The notes under the pieces: model-generated | The model's input: the letters and a program-made list of their open reading frames with translations, nothing else | Databases searched by the model: none | Told to the model about the DNA's origin: nothing | Program-made: the position numbers and the translations under genes | Shown: positions 12,862-26,161 of the stretch, one piece after another | Layout: each line of letters opens with the position of its first letter | How positions within the stretch are numbered: position 1 is the stretch's first letter | DNA from: Octopus bimaculoides | Lineage: Eukaryota | Length of the DNA stretch: 48,766 nucleotides | Assembly: GCF_001194135.2 (NCBI RefSeq) | Contig: NC_069004.1 | Span: 21,659,766-21,708,531, forward strand | Direction of reading: 5' to 3'

Positions 12862-14097
12862 TTAGATTGGAAAGCAAGGCCTATTGCATCACTTTGGGGG
12901 TATTTTTTTCAATACTTATAGTAAAACAAGCATCAATTTTTACATTCTAATTTTTTCTTTTTATTTCTCTGCAGATTTCTTTATACCATTACATCATAGT
13001 GGTTAAAATTTGTGTTAATTTCACTCTTTTAAAATGAGCTAAGATCAGACCTGTATCAGGCACTAAATGCTGTGTGAATTCAAAAGGAGTTCTTCAGTAA
13101 CAAAAGCAGCAAGAAATATTTGTTCTGTCTATGGAAATGAAGCTTTAGTGTCCAGGCATGCTAATGATAGTTTGGCCAGTTTCACTTGGAAAATTTTTAT
13201 CTTGGCGATTTCCCTCAATCTGGACAACCAGGCTCTGTCAATACTGGGCTTCTGAAAATATATTTGAGGAAAATCCAAAGCAAACTGCACTTAAATCATA
13301 AAACACCTTCATGAACTAAGGAAAGTGTCTAAACTTGGTCAGTGGATCCCTCATCAATTGAAAGCTTCTTCAGCTTAATCAAAGATTTGTCCTCTGATTA
13401 TCATTGAAGAATAGACTTGCTACCAAAACTTTCTTCAGAAGAGTCATCACAAGTGATGAAAAGTGAGTTTTCTATAACCATATCCAAAGAAAACAACAAT
13501 GGTTAGCACCCAGTGAATAAAGAGAATCCAACCCCAAAGCAGAACCACAACCAAAAAGCATTATGCTCTGTGTTTGGTGGGATATGAAGGGTGTTGTCTA
13601 TGATAAAATCTTGAATCAAAATGGCACAGCTAATGAAGTGAAGTATTGTCATCAAATGGAAGCATTGCCAAAAATTCACAGAGAAAGTGCACATCATTGG
13701 TCAATCATGAGGTGGTATTGCTCTTGCGTTATAATGCAAGACCACATATTGCCCAGGTCACTAAAGAAAACATCATAGCAATAAATGTAGAAATTTTGCT
13801 GCATTCTCCTTACTTTCCTGACCTTACTCCATCTGACTATCATCTTTTCACTTGTAACATTATTTAGAGACAAAATAGTTTATTAATTGTGAAGTGGTTA
13901 AAACTGATATTGTAGTTTCTTTGCTTTGAAACCAGACGAATTTTAAGCTGAAGAATCAACAATTTGCCAAATAGATGGGGTTAATTTATCAATAATGATG
14001 GGAAATATTATCTTGGATTAATTATATCAATTAAATCCAAAGAAGCACTTGTTTCTTTCCCATCTTGAAATGCAACAGAACTTTCTTTCCAGCCTAA
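12862..14097 (+). mobile_element. Full-length degenerate mariner (DD34D) transposon
   Basis: Imperfect ~28-bp TIRs (ttagattggaaagcaaggcctattgcat versus rc ttaggctggaaagaaagttctgttgcat) with TA at both ends. Remnants WIPHQL, ITSDEK, LCVWWD, YNARPH and PYFPDLTPSDYHLF, broken by stops and frameshifts. Confidence 0.93.
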
Positions 14098-14573
14098 TAT
14101 TTTGTCTACCATTCTATCAATTCCACTATCCATCAGCCACGCACACGCACACGCACACACACACACACACACACACATATTTATTCATTTCCCACTAATT
14201 CCTAACTCATTTTCCCTTTGAAGATGAAATAGATTCTGGCAGCAAACCACTTGCACACTTATTCTTGAAATAGCTGTAAGGGACTACCTGCACGTTTTCC
14301 TCCTCCTTAAGATTCTACCTCTGATGACCTGCCTTAACTTACTGGCTAATATCAATAATATAGACTTATAACTGTTCTGAGAGAATACAAGTATATATCA
14401 CAATCATTATAAACATTCCTCAACTAATCTTTTATTGATCTCTTGTGATTTAAACTACTGTAACAGTCATTTCTACCCTCAGGTTGTATCAATGTATAAC
14501 TATCATAATCTGACCTGATAATAGTTGTTTGCCTGTCTGTACCTTTACTCTTTATTGTTTGCGTTTGTGCGTA

Positions 14574-14617
<44 letters not shown>

Positions 14618-14703
14618 TATTATTAATATTACACAAAAGAAGAGAGAAGATGGAGATGAGATTAATAAAAGTTTATTAACATTGACAAGACCAAGCCTAC
14701 AAT

Positions 14704-14738
<35 letters not shown>

Positions 14739-15454
14739 CTAAAGAATCAATCATAAATTGTTTCAGTTAAGTATTTTTCACCAAAGTGTCATCAAATGTT
14801 GATGGGACTACAGCCCATCATTGATAAGGCCATGAAAGGTTGAAATCATGTGATCTGGTGGTTTCAACACTTGACATGGTGGTAATTTATCTCCCTGCTA
14901 GCAATATAAACAAGAATACATTTTGTACCAAAAACCAATGAGAAAGTTTCTCTCGTAGTAACTACCGCAGTATAATTTGTTCCAACAGAAGATCCACATT
15001 TGAGTGGGGATAAATAGTACCTCTTGGTATTAATACTGCCTCTGTTGCTAATAAATATTTTTTAACAAAATAAATAAATATTTTTGAAGTCAATAAAATA
15101 TATGAATATCAAGAAACACTTCAAGTAAATCAGTTTATAGTTTGGTATGTTGAAGGGAAGGCTATAGTAGTTGTGACCAATGGGCAATAAAAACAAAAGA
15201 GTTGAGAAGGTTTATTAGATACAAGTCTACGATATCAAAAGTAATAACAATAGCTTAGCAAGTTCCAAGTATCTTATAAACGGATTTTTACAATGTTTAT
15301 ATATGTATATATAAAAGGTGTTGATGGTATCTGAGGACATTTAGTTATCAACATATTACTGATTCACAGATATACAATTAAAAACTATTTATTTATTTCA
15401 GATCCGCTGTTACAGATAAAATATGAGAGGGGTGTTGGAACAAAATATGAAGGA

Positions 15455-15620
15455 AATAGAGGAGGGAGCGGACTGAGAAAAATATGGTCCAAGATGATGG
15501 AGAAGGAAATGAGGGCAATGGGGTGTTTGAGGGGAATGTAAAGGATAATACAAAATGGAGAAGACTGTCGTGGGGCCTGCAAAGCTAACGCCTACTTTAG
15601 CAGGGGAATGGCCTTAACGT
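15455..15620 (+). mobile_element. RTE-like LINE extreme 3' fragment
   Basis: RKIWSKMMEKEMRAMG...KWRRL motif followed by a short tail. Confidence 0.5.
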
Positions 15621-16017
15621 GTTTGTTGCTGTTGAATTCTGAATTCAAATCCTGCAGAGGTTCATTTTTACCTCTCATGCAGACAAAATGTTATTAAAAA
15701 AAAATGCAGTCATTGGAGTCAGATGGATTCAAAAGCATCGTTCATAATTCATCAGTCAACTTGAAGTTATCACAGGAGACATTTCTGCAAGGTGCTGTGC
15801 AATAGGGTTGAACCACAAATCTCATGGTTTACAAAAACATACTTTTTTACCATACATCAGCCATATCCGCATGTCCATATTAAACACCATTTTCTATTCC
15901 TTAAAAAAAACATTTAAATATCTTAAATTCTAAGCTGACCTTTTTAATTTGTTTCATCTTTTGTTTGACTAATTTCAACAAGGACATAAAGATAAAGGAA
16001 ATTGTTGCGACACTCAC

Positions 16018-16141
16018 TTGAAGTTCTTTTAATCTGTCTTCTTCTCCCTGGCGTTCTTTTTCCCTTTCTTGTTCAATTTTATCAGCTATCAGCCGAACCT
16101 CTTTCAATGACTGATACAAAGCAGCTTCATCTTCTTTGCGT
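16018..16141 (-). CDS. SH2D4: SH2D4-like exon (RKEDEAALYQSLKEVRLIADKIEQEREKERQGEEDRLKELQ)
   Basis: Acceptor tttcttgcag|A and donor CAA|gtgagt; 124 nt, phase 2 to 0. Lies inside ORF 15901..16164. Confidence 0.88.
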
Positions 16142-17074
16142 CTGCAAGAAAGACACAGTGACAACGGTTAATTTCATGATTAACAGACATACTTTAAAAA
16201 TCATGTACAATACACTACCATGTAGGATATATTACCAGGCAAATTGCACTTCTCCATTTTGGGGGCTTAAATGGTCTTAAAACCTTGTAGTAGGAATATT
16301 GGCGGATAGACGGTGCACCCACTAACTAAACAGTAGTCACAGCCCAGCAAAGACCAATGGCTGCACAAAGATATCATGCAGCTGCCTCAGTCTGTTGTCA
16401 TCGCTGATGCACACATCTCACACAAACTATTGAACAGCTTTACTTTGTTTCAATATCATTTTTCTGTTGTTCATCACAATGACAACATTTTTGTTAACAA
16501 ATATTTGTATTTGGAACTTTACATAGAATTTTGTTCTTCCATCTCTTAACCAAACCAAAATAACTTTATGCTACGACTTGATAATATGAATAATAGTGTT
16601 GAACAACTGGTACAAGACGAGATAAGCTAATATACATCAACATATTAGTTTTTGTTGAAAAGGATGTGAAGTAAAGTCAACCTTGGAGTTCAAATTCCAC
16701 CAAGGTTGACCTTTGCCTTTCATCTTTTTGGGGTCAATAAACGAAGTACCAGTTGAGTACTAAGGGTGATATGACTGCCCCCCCCCTCTCCCAAACTTGC
16801 TGGCCTTATGTCAAAATTTAAAATCAATATTCTATTTAATATACGATATCTTCATATGTAATAAAAAAAAATTATCTAAAAATAATAAAACTCAATCATT
16901 ACATTATTGTTTTTTCTTAATGAGTGCAGGAAAAACTTTATGGCTCAACGACATGTATTCTATGCATCCCTAATTTTAATCTAAATTTTGACGAAAAAAA
17001 TGCATATTAAACCTAGAGATTTACTGTATATCTAAAGACATATATTGTTCTTCTAATCAATGTAATGAGGAATA

Positions 17075-17530
17075 AATAAAACCTCAATATTTGTATGCTT
17101 ATCCTCACTTATGGTCATGAATGCTGAGTAATAACTGAAAGAGTAAGATACAAGCGGCTAAAATGGGGTTCCTTTAAAGGATCTCTGGAACAACATTACT
17201 TGAAAATCTGCTCAGGGATCAGAGAGTTTCTCTAGGTTGAGCTGCTACTTCTCTGCACTGAAAGGTCACAGCTCCAATACTACAGATATAATTTGAATGT
17301 TGCAGGAAAGAATTGCAACACAGATTTTTCAAGCCAACTGGCAGGAGACCTAGGGGTAGACCAAGAATGAGATGGTTGGATTATATCCATACTCTTGGTT
17401 AATCATGCTTGAGAATCCAGTCAGAAAGTGTAATGATAACTGCTTCTGGTAGGATCCTACAAAGGAGGTGCCTGAGGATTCTAGTCCCATGACCATCCCA
17501 GGAATAGTGGGCAGAGAATATGGATGGGTG
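17075..17530 (+). mobile_element. Degenerate RTE LINE 3' fragment, different subfamily
   Basis: Patchy translation LTYGHEC*VITERVR...KMGFL...GRRPRGRPRMRWLDYI. Confidence 0.7.
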
Positions 17531-17783
17531 AATAATCAACAAAAGTAATCATCATCATCTATCAAGTAATGGGTAAACTTAGAAACAATCAATGACATTT
17601 GGTATTAAAGTAGAGCAATTGTGACCTTTTCTGTAAGTGACTTTCATGATTATATTTCTCATAAAAAACACATTACTTATGTTTCAATGAATGTTGAAAT
17701 AACCAGGCATTTGGAGGAATATAGTTAAATAACTAAATTTTCATTATCAATCTGGTGCTTGAAACAAAGTTCTGGTATAAACT

Positions 17784-18012
17784 ATACTCTTTTACTCTTT
17801 TACATGTTTCAGTCATTAGACTGTGACCATGCTGGGACACAACCTTGAAGAATTTTTAGTCAAATGTATTTACCCCAGCACTGGTAGTTTTGTTAAAGCC
17901 TGGTATTTATTCTATTGATCTCTTTTGTGAAACTGTTCAGTTTCGGGGATATAAACACACCAGCACTGGCTGTCAAGCAGTGGAGTAGGGGGCCAAACAA
18001 AGACACACACAC
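17784..18012 (-). mobile_element. SINE family A tail half
   Basis: Homologous to the tails at 33700-33910, 38440-38600 and 45810-46010. Confidence 0.8.
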
Positions 18013-18093
18013 ATGTAGATAGATAGATAGAGAGGGGGGGGGGAATAATTCATATAAACAGATAAAACCTTGGTTTTTAATGTACAAAATATA

Positions 18094-19307
18094 TCAGGTC
18101 ATTAAGAATGGAATGTCTGATTTTCTTATGCACCAAGTTTGACAGTTTTTAACTCTAATGTTTTATCCTGACAATTCTTTGTTTTACAACATTGAAGAGT
18201 TACATCATCACTTTTCGAAATGCAATTCATGGTATCTGATTATATTGTGAGTTTTCTCTTGTGAACACATGGACAGATAAAAAATTCATGTTGTTTATGA
18301 ATATGAGTTATGTCGTGGAACCAATGCATCCCAGAAACATCAATGAGGTGTTTGGTGAAGATCTGGCGAATGAGCACACTGTATGTCGAGAAGTTCTGGT
18401 TTGGTGACTTTACCCTTGAAAATCAGCCCTGTGGTAGACCTGAGAACAAGGTGGATAATGATGAGCTAGAAACTGTAGTGGAAGCAGATACATCTCAAAC
18501 TACAGATGAGTTAGCAGCAAGGTTTGATGTTTCGATTCCAACTGTATTGGACCCTCTGAAACAAATCAGGAAGGTAAAGAAGCTGGACAAGTGGGTACCA
18601 CACAAACAGAACGAGCATCAAATGACACATTGTCTTGGAACTTGCTGTTCTTTGTTGTTTCAGCATAAAAGTGAACCGTTTTTGCATCATATTCTTATGT
18701 GTGATGAAAAATGGATTCTTTTCAACAATAGAAAATGTTCTACATGGTGGTTGGATAGAGATGAAGTGCCAAAAGACAATCCAAAAAAGAATAGTCACCA
18801 AAAAAAACTAATGGTGTCCGTTTGGTGGTCCAGCACTGGTGTCATCCACTACAGCTTCATGAGACCTGGTCAGTCAGTTACAGCAGATGTATACATCAAC
18901 CAATTGGATGAAATGATGATGAGTGAACTTGCTACTAAACAACTAAGATTGGTCGATAGAGACAGGTCAATTCTCTTGCAAGACAATGCTCAACCAAAGA
19001 ACGCTACTCAAGTTACAGGAACTGAACTTGGAAGTACTCTGTCATTTACCATATTCACCAGACCTTGCACCAACTGACTATCACGTTTTCCAGGCATTAA
19101 ACAACTTTTTGCAAAAAAAAAAAACTTAAAATCTGAAGAAAATGCAAAAACTGCCTTTTGTGATTTCATCACCTCTTACTCTCCAGAATTCTTCGCTGCT
19201 GGCATAAATAAGCTACCGATGAAATGGCAAAATTGTGTTGATAATTTAGGTACATACTTTGATTAACTTTCAGTTCAAAATCAGACATTTCATTCTTAAT
19301 GACCTGA
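18094..19307 (+). mobile_element. Full-length mariner (DD34D) transposon with frameshifted transposase
   Basis: 31-bp TIRs tcaggtcattaagaatg(g/a)aatgtctgatttt with one mismatch; TA TSD. ORF 18310..19077 has WVPH, MCDEKW and LLQDNA; YSPDLAPTDYHVF follows in another frame. Confidence 0.96.
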
Positions 19308-21278
19308 TATATACATGTATATGTGCACAAAGAGAAGGCAGATTCAAAATTTTCAGATGATAACCAAGTATAAATTTAAATATTTATAGAGCAAACTTAC
19401 TCAGATTACATAGATTCAAAGAATTAGAGGGGAGACTTATTGTCTCCATATCTGCTCACTTAGATTCTCCTTATAGACACTCTTTACCCTGCTGACTTGG
19501 TCCTCAGTGAAGGTATCAGACTGTAAGTTCAGATCATTTGAGCACTACAAAGTGTTTTCTATATTCAGATTCTCTCAATCTCATCTGCTGACTCTTTCTT
19601 TCTCTCTCTTGCACACACACACTCACACACACACAAGCATGACAGGCTTCTTTCAGTTTTTGTCATCCAAATTCACTCACAAAGCTTTGGCTGGCCCAAG
19701 GTGTCACACAATGGGACTGAACCTGGAACTATGTGGTTGGGAAGCAAGCTTCCTACCATACAGCCATGCCTGCACCTATATATACACATATCTCAAAAAT
19801 ATGTTGATTGAAAAATACTAAAGAGTAATAGCAAAAAATTTATAATATTACCTGGAATTGGCTTTTGGTGATTCTAATGACATTTCATTCTCACTTCCTA
19901 CTTGAAATCTTTCATTTTCAACAGACTTCAAGTCATCCTCTGAATATACTTGAATTCCCTTTAAAATCTACACTAACCGCATAAATTGTCTTCCCTCACT
20001 GAAACTGGTTAAGTGTGGTGGGCCCACTGATGATTAAGCTTTATTCTGATTAGCTAATCTATTTTTAGTATGAGTGGATTTGAACATCAGGTTTACCAAT
20101 TCCTGTTATATTAGGAATTTGGCTGAATATCAAGTCTGAATTGTCAGTAATCTAGGAATAGAGCCTGAGAAAGTTACTAACAATACCACCTGATCTTTGA
20201 GAGCTTTCAGCAGAATTTGCCCTTTTGCAAGCATTTGTACCAGACTCCCCCAGCTCCCACGACAACAATTACACCAGGCCATCTGAGGGTGTTGCCCATG
20301 AAGATTATGAGTATTTCACCCAATTACTTGATTAAATTATTTATTTTTAAATGTTTTAATGTGCTAGGATATTTGTTTTACCACTTAGGTGAGAGAGAGG
20401 GGGCAGTACCCATAATGCTTTGCAGGTCCTCTTAAACTGGAGGAAGGGAGGAAGATATCCTCAAACTGGTGACCTGGTCTGAGTGTTTGCAACAGAGTAG
20501 ACTTGACTAAAAACACTCAAGGACCAGGTGACGGGATTCGTTCAGACATTGGATTAAGTTTACTACCAACTCAGAATGCAAAGATCAAAACAAGTAACAA
20601 AAGACATCTTGTCAAACACTAACAATTCCTACGTTCACCTTCCTAGGCAGGTACTTTATTTATTGAACCCAGAAGAACGAGGGGTAAAATTAATCTCAGC
20701 AATATTTGAATTCAAAAGTCAACAACAGCAACAAGCACTTTAAGGCTATTTTCTCTGCTAAAGTAGGAGTTAGCTTTGCAGGCTTCATAACAGTTTTCTC
20801 TATTTTCTTTTATCCTTTACATCCATTGCCCTCATTTCCTTCTCCATCATTTTTAACCAAATCTTTCTCAGTCTGCTCCTTTCTCTACTTCCTTTACATT
20901 TCTGATGCTCCTCTCACTCATTCACTTTTTATAACTCCACAACACACGACTCGGCCATTTCATCTCATTTCTCTTCTCAACATCCATTATTAGCACTATT
21001 CTCATCATTCTTTATTCCCATCATTGGTCTATTCTCATTTTTCTCTATTCCTATCATTGGTCTATTCACATCAATTCCTATTCCCATCATTCTCACAAGC
21101 CAGAATAAACACCACAAAGTACTTCCTCTAACACTTCTATCAATTCTCTGCATTAAATGTTTTCAATCTGAAATGTTAGTCAATAACTTGTTTATTCAGT
21201 CTGATATTTCCATGCCATAGATTTGATCTAGCAGAACTGACCAGACCCAACAACAACTGTAACTTAAAAATGACTTAC

Positions 21279-21368
21279 TTCAACTGGAATTCTCTCTCAA
21301 TTCGTTCTTTTTCAAGTTTTTTCTTTTCTTCTTCCATTTTCTTTTTCAGCTCTAGCTCTTGTTTTATC
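21279..21368 (-). CDS. SH2D4: SH2D4-like exon, coiled coil (IKQELELKKKMEEEKKKLEKERIEREFQLK)
   Basis: Acceptor ttttctgttcag|G and donor AA|gtaagt; 90 nt, phase 2 to 2. Joins both neighbours in frame. Too short for the ORF track; read by hand. Confidence 0.85.
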
Positions 21369-22076
21369 CTGAACAGAAAAATAAAATTACGGAGGTGTAC
21401 TTGCAAAGCAAGTGACATGATCTGAGATTGTGCTGAAACAAAAACAATTACAGCGTGGAAGGTGTTTATAAGCCATTTAAAAACACAAAAACCGCTAGAT
21501 TTACTTCAACATTTAAATTTAATTTGTCAAGACAAAAATATTCTGACAAATTAAATTTAAATGTTGAAGAAAAATAAAAATATTTTATTAAAAGGAGTTG
21601 AGTGAATGAGAAGAGACAATGGTTGGTTAGTGAGTGAATGAATGAGTGAAGGAGGAAGGGGAGGGTGGGCATGCGGGCAAGACAGAGCTGAGTAACTGAG
21701 ATGAGTGAGAGCAAATGGCCAAAATAATAGTGAGTGGCTGAAATAATTGAAGGAAAGAAAGGCAGTAGAGCTGAATGATGGTGAGAGAATGATGGTAGAG
21801 TTGAGTGAAACAAAGAGATAAGATACAGTTGAGTAATTGAGATGAGTGAAGGTGGAAAGAGTCAAAGGAGAGTTGAAAGACTGAAGTGAGAGAATGAGTG
21901 TGGAAGAAAGAGGTATGTTAGAGCTGATTGGAGGTATGAAAGAAAGAGCTAAGTCAAAGACGAGTGATAGAGTTGAGTGAGTGAGAGAGTGAAAGAGAGA
22001 CACAAGTCAGAGTTGAGTGAGTGACTCTGCTGTGTGTGTTGACTAATAATGATAGTGATGTAAGATCAAAACTTAC

Positions 22077-22233
22077 CTTAGTTCTTCTGCTTCTTTTTCT
22101 GCCTGTAAGGTGGCTTTTTCTTTGGCTTCGTGTTCTAGAATTTCTTCAATGTTAAGATCATCTGGATGTTGGCCCATCACCCACACCCAATCATTGCCAT
22201 CTTTTCCTGAAAGGAATTCCACTTTCTTCTTCC
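22077..22233 (-). CDS. SH2D4: SH2D4A/B-like adaptor, internal exon (GKKKVEFLSGKDGNDWVWVMGQHPDD...EKEAEELR)
   Basis: Acceptor tattcag|GG and donor AG|gtaagt; 157 nt, phase 1 to 2. KxVxF-x(n)-WVWVMG matches the conserved SH2D4 N-terminal block as I recall it (human KSVHW...VWVWVMGEH). Confidence 0.9.
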
Positions 22234-22254
22234 CTGAATAATAATAATCAAACA

Positions 22255-22545
22255 ATTATGATGAATTGAAGTAAGAAATACACAGATTGTGACCAATAAA
22301 GAAATTGGATATGATGCCAATAGTAATTGGTGCACTTGGAAGTATCAACACTAAACTATGAACATTGATCAACAGCATTGAATAGAAATGTAAAGATAGA
22401 AGACCTATAAAAATCATCATTGCTTGGAACTGCAAGAGTCCTCTGCAGGGTTCTTGAAGCATGATCAGTAAACAATGTCACCTTAGTCTATTGGCTATGG
22501 GTAGCTGATTCCATTATACCCAGCAAAATAAGCTGAGAGTTTTCA
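22255..22545 (+). mobile_element. Dong/R4-like RLE C-terminal fragment plus 3' UTR
   Basis: DELK*EIHRL*PIKKLDMMPIVIGALGS...SLLGTARVLCRVLEA. Confidence 0.75.
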
Positions 22546-22780
22546 TCAAATTGTTGTTGAGTCCTTGGTGACAGTGTCAGAAGGCATCAAGAGGAATATA
22601 AAGAAAATCAAAATAGAGTGTCCAGTGGAGCTGTTACAAAAAGTTTTCCCCCTTGGCACAGCCAGAATCATCAGGAAAGTATTAGTTGAAATAACAGATA
22701 GGCTGCAGGTAGCAAGTCCACTACACAAGCAAGACTCCAAGATTTCCAACAAAACCAGAGTTAACAATAATAATAACTGC
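22546..22780 (+). mobile_element. Second Dong/R4-like C-terminal fragment with (AAT)n tail
   Basis: ORF 22565..22819: GIKRNIKKIKIECPVELLQKVFPLGTARIIRKVL. Confidence 0.75.
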
Positions 22781-23340
22781 CCTGATGTAGTACCAGATAC
22801 TGGCTCTCATGGCTTTTGATCTTTGCTGATTGGAAGTGTTATGTTCAGGTTTTGTCTTGGTATAAAATACAGGCTACAGCAAATATTCTGCTCAATACCA
22901 CAGATTTGCTTGTCAGTTGTTTGACCATAAACAGTTAAGCATGTCTTTTAGTGGCTAACAGTATGTGCATCTCTGATAATGTGCAGAAGTAGTGGAGGAG
23001 CATCATAGCCATGTCTTGAGAGGAGTTCTTTGGGGTTTGAATAATTCACCTCTGGAAACATGAGTGTTTTGTTCAACATACTAAAACAAACCTTATTCAG
23101 GGACCTTTTGAGCAAGATGGGCTACATAACCTGAATAAAATTCTAACTGGGTCCCACCTGCAAGGTCATGTGCTGTTTATTTTGATATGAGATCACCATG
23201 TCATGCACATGGCTGTGATGCACGTGCCTGGTGTACCCTTATCTGTCTAGGTAGTCGCAATGGGTATACTGGGCTTCATATATTTATACCCCAGTGTCAC
23301 TGCTCTCTCACACAATAATACTACTACTAATAATAATAAC
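22781..23340 (+). mobile_element. Non-LTR-type repeat ending in (AAT)n; inverted partial copy at 7375-7560
   Basis: 22870-23035 is the reverse complement of 7375-7535 with divergence; ends ctctctcacacaataat...aataataataac. Confidence 0.65.
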
Positions 23341-24529
23341 TTCAAATTTTTGCACAAGGCCAGTAATTTTAGAGGGAGGGTGTAAGTCAAGTACATTGGC
23401 CCCAGTACTCATTGATTTTACTCATTTTAAAAAGTTGAAAGGCAAAGTTGACCATGGCAGAATTTGAATTCAGGCTGTAAAAAGCTGGAAGAAATGCTGC
23501 TAAGAATTTTGTTTAATGATTCTGCTAGCTTACCATCTTGATAATAATAATAACAATAATAATGATAATGGTTTCAAATTTTGGCACAAGGCCAGCAAGT
23601 TCATGTTTTTAAATTTTACATGTGAGATATGAGGGGTGGGGGAGAAAAACCTTAGTAGTGAAGTTCAAATATAGGATCGAGATAAAGAGAAAAATTACCC
23701 AGCCTGTAAACAAGAATATGTATCCAGACTGATCTTTACCTCACTTTCGCAGAATCCTTTGTACTGAAATGTGAACCTTAAGTGTAAAACAGAAGTAAAG
23801 AAAGCCCAAATGGGAGGGTGTAGTGAAAGCTCATCCTCTTCCTCTTTACACATTCACCACTATTATGGTGATAATTATCACACACACACACATTCACACC
23901 CTGACCCTCTATAAGAATGTAAACACCCACATACATGTTCATATATGCATACACATAGTCTGTACAGACATATGTTCACACCCATAGACCTTCAAATACT
24001 TGTGTGTAGCTAATGGGGAAGCTTCAGCATGGTCGCTTGACTTGCTAGAAATAGAAGCTAAATTTCCCTCAAATAAAAATCACACCCAACTATTTTAGAA
24101 GACAACATAGGAAAATAACATCCTGGGTTCCCTACACATAAGAAAACGGCAGGATGGTCATAGCTAGAATGCTTTTGATCAAATGTCTACTCAATCAAAG
24201 CTGACCTGGGGCTTTACAGCAGCAACAACAATAAATAACCACTACAATAGTAATAAAGTCCCAATTCTGTTAACAACCACTCACAACCTCCCTCTCACAT
24301 CCATTGCCTCTATAGGTCACTTCTACAATTACATTGCTATTTACCCACTAGCTACACCTTTCTCTATTTCCCTCCACTACACACACACACACATTCATTC
24401 TTCTCCAAGACTAGCACCATTACTGCAGCTATTATCTATAATTTTGATCATCTAGATCTGCTAGAAATTGCAGTCAAAGTCACTTAAAAAAAAAATAATA
24501 ATAATAATAATAAAGATAAGATAAAGGAT

Positions 24530-24772
24530 AAAGAACCTTCCTGGGTCATGGAGACTCATAGGGTCAGTTTCTGGTTTCCATAATGTATATATTAGCCCCC
24601 TGGATGGGACGCCAGTCCATCACAGGATTACACATTTTTGCCAGCTGAATGGACTGGAGTAATGTGAAATGAAGTGTTTTGTTTAAGAACACAACTCATT
24701 GGAATTGAAACCACAATTTTATGATCATGAGTCCACTACCCTAACCACTAAGCTATGCATCTCCACATTATA
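24530..24772 (-). mobile_element. tRNA-head SINE with CORE-like block, nested in another repeat (24440-24900)
   Basis: rc head ggagatgcatagcttagtggttagg...tgtgttcttaaacaaaacacttcatttcac. Related heads at 25325-25450 and 42040-42200. Confidence 0.7.
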
Positions 24773-24953
24773 TTCAAAGAAAGAAAGAAAATGGTACATT
24801 GGATAATGTAGTCCTAGATATACATGAAATGCAGAGTGGTCATGGCTGGAATGTTTTATTTACCACTCAGCTTAATCAGGACCAACTTGAAGCTAAACAG
24901 CAACAATAAAAATTTGGTATAACCAACACAGCAACCATATTACCCCCCCCCCC

Positions 24954-25034
24954 NNNNNNNNNNNNNNNNNNNNNNNNNNNNNNNNNNNNNNNNNNNNNNN
25001 NNNNNNNNNNNNNNNNNNNNNNNNNNNNNNNNNN
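24954..25034. other. Assembly gap (81 N)
   Basis: N run after poly-C. Confidence 1.
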
Positions 25035-26116
25035 ATCAAGCACCATCACTGCACTACCACCACCACCACCACCACCACCACTAATCATCACTTCCATCAT
25101 CAGCATCACCATCACTACAATCACTGATTCCATCATCAGCATCACCATCACTACAATCACTCCTTTCACTGCCACCATCACTATTACCAGTACCATTATT
25201 ACTACAAACATCATTATCATCAACACAATCAAGAGCAACACCACCACAATCATCACCATCATCATCATCACCACAATAGTTATTGTTTTATCAAACTTTT
25301 CTTAGAGAAACCTTAATTAATGCTATGAAGGCACATGGCTTAGTAGTTAGGTGTATTAAATTCACAATCATCTGGATGTGAGTTCAATTCCCAACAGCAT
25401 GTTGTGTTCTTAATTTCATATTGCTCCAATCTACTCACCTGGCAAAATGAGCTGTAGCTGTAATTCAAAAGGCCAGCCTTGTGTCACACTGAATCAACCC
25501 AGCATATGTGTCTGAGGAATGTCCAGCCACTTACTTACACATTAATTTCACAAGCAGACTGTTCCACTGATCAGATCACTAGAACCTTCATCATCCTAAC
25601 CAACAGAGTGACAAGTTAGTTAACAAATGATGGTGTTAGCAAAAGCAACAATGGAAGTTATGGTAGTAGTGTCAATAAACATAGAAATTGTGGTGATGAT
25701 GATGATGATGATGATGATAGTGTTAGTCATGACAGTGATGGTGGTTGTGGTGATGTGATGAAGGTAGTGTTGGTCAACCCCTTCCCCCTCTCGTTAGTGT
25801 TGATGGTGATGAGGGGTGGCAGTGAAGATGTGGTGGTGATGTGTCAGTAGTGAAGGTATGACTGTTCTGATTGTATTAGAAAATATCACACCCATTACGG
25901 TTGACATTTATTTACAATAACCACCACTATCCCACCGCCTTCGTCACCCCAACACTATCACCACCACCACCACCATCACCACCCTCTGCTGTTTTGTCTC
26001 ATTCCACACCTTCTTAACCTCTAGACCCAGCTATCTTAAAATATACCCTAATGTAACCCTCATCTTCCCTCAATGTGCCATCATTAGCCACCTCTTGACA
26101 AGATAATTATCGCTAG

Positions 26117-26161
<45 letters not shown>

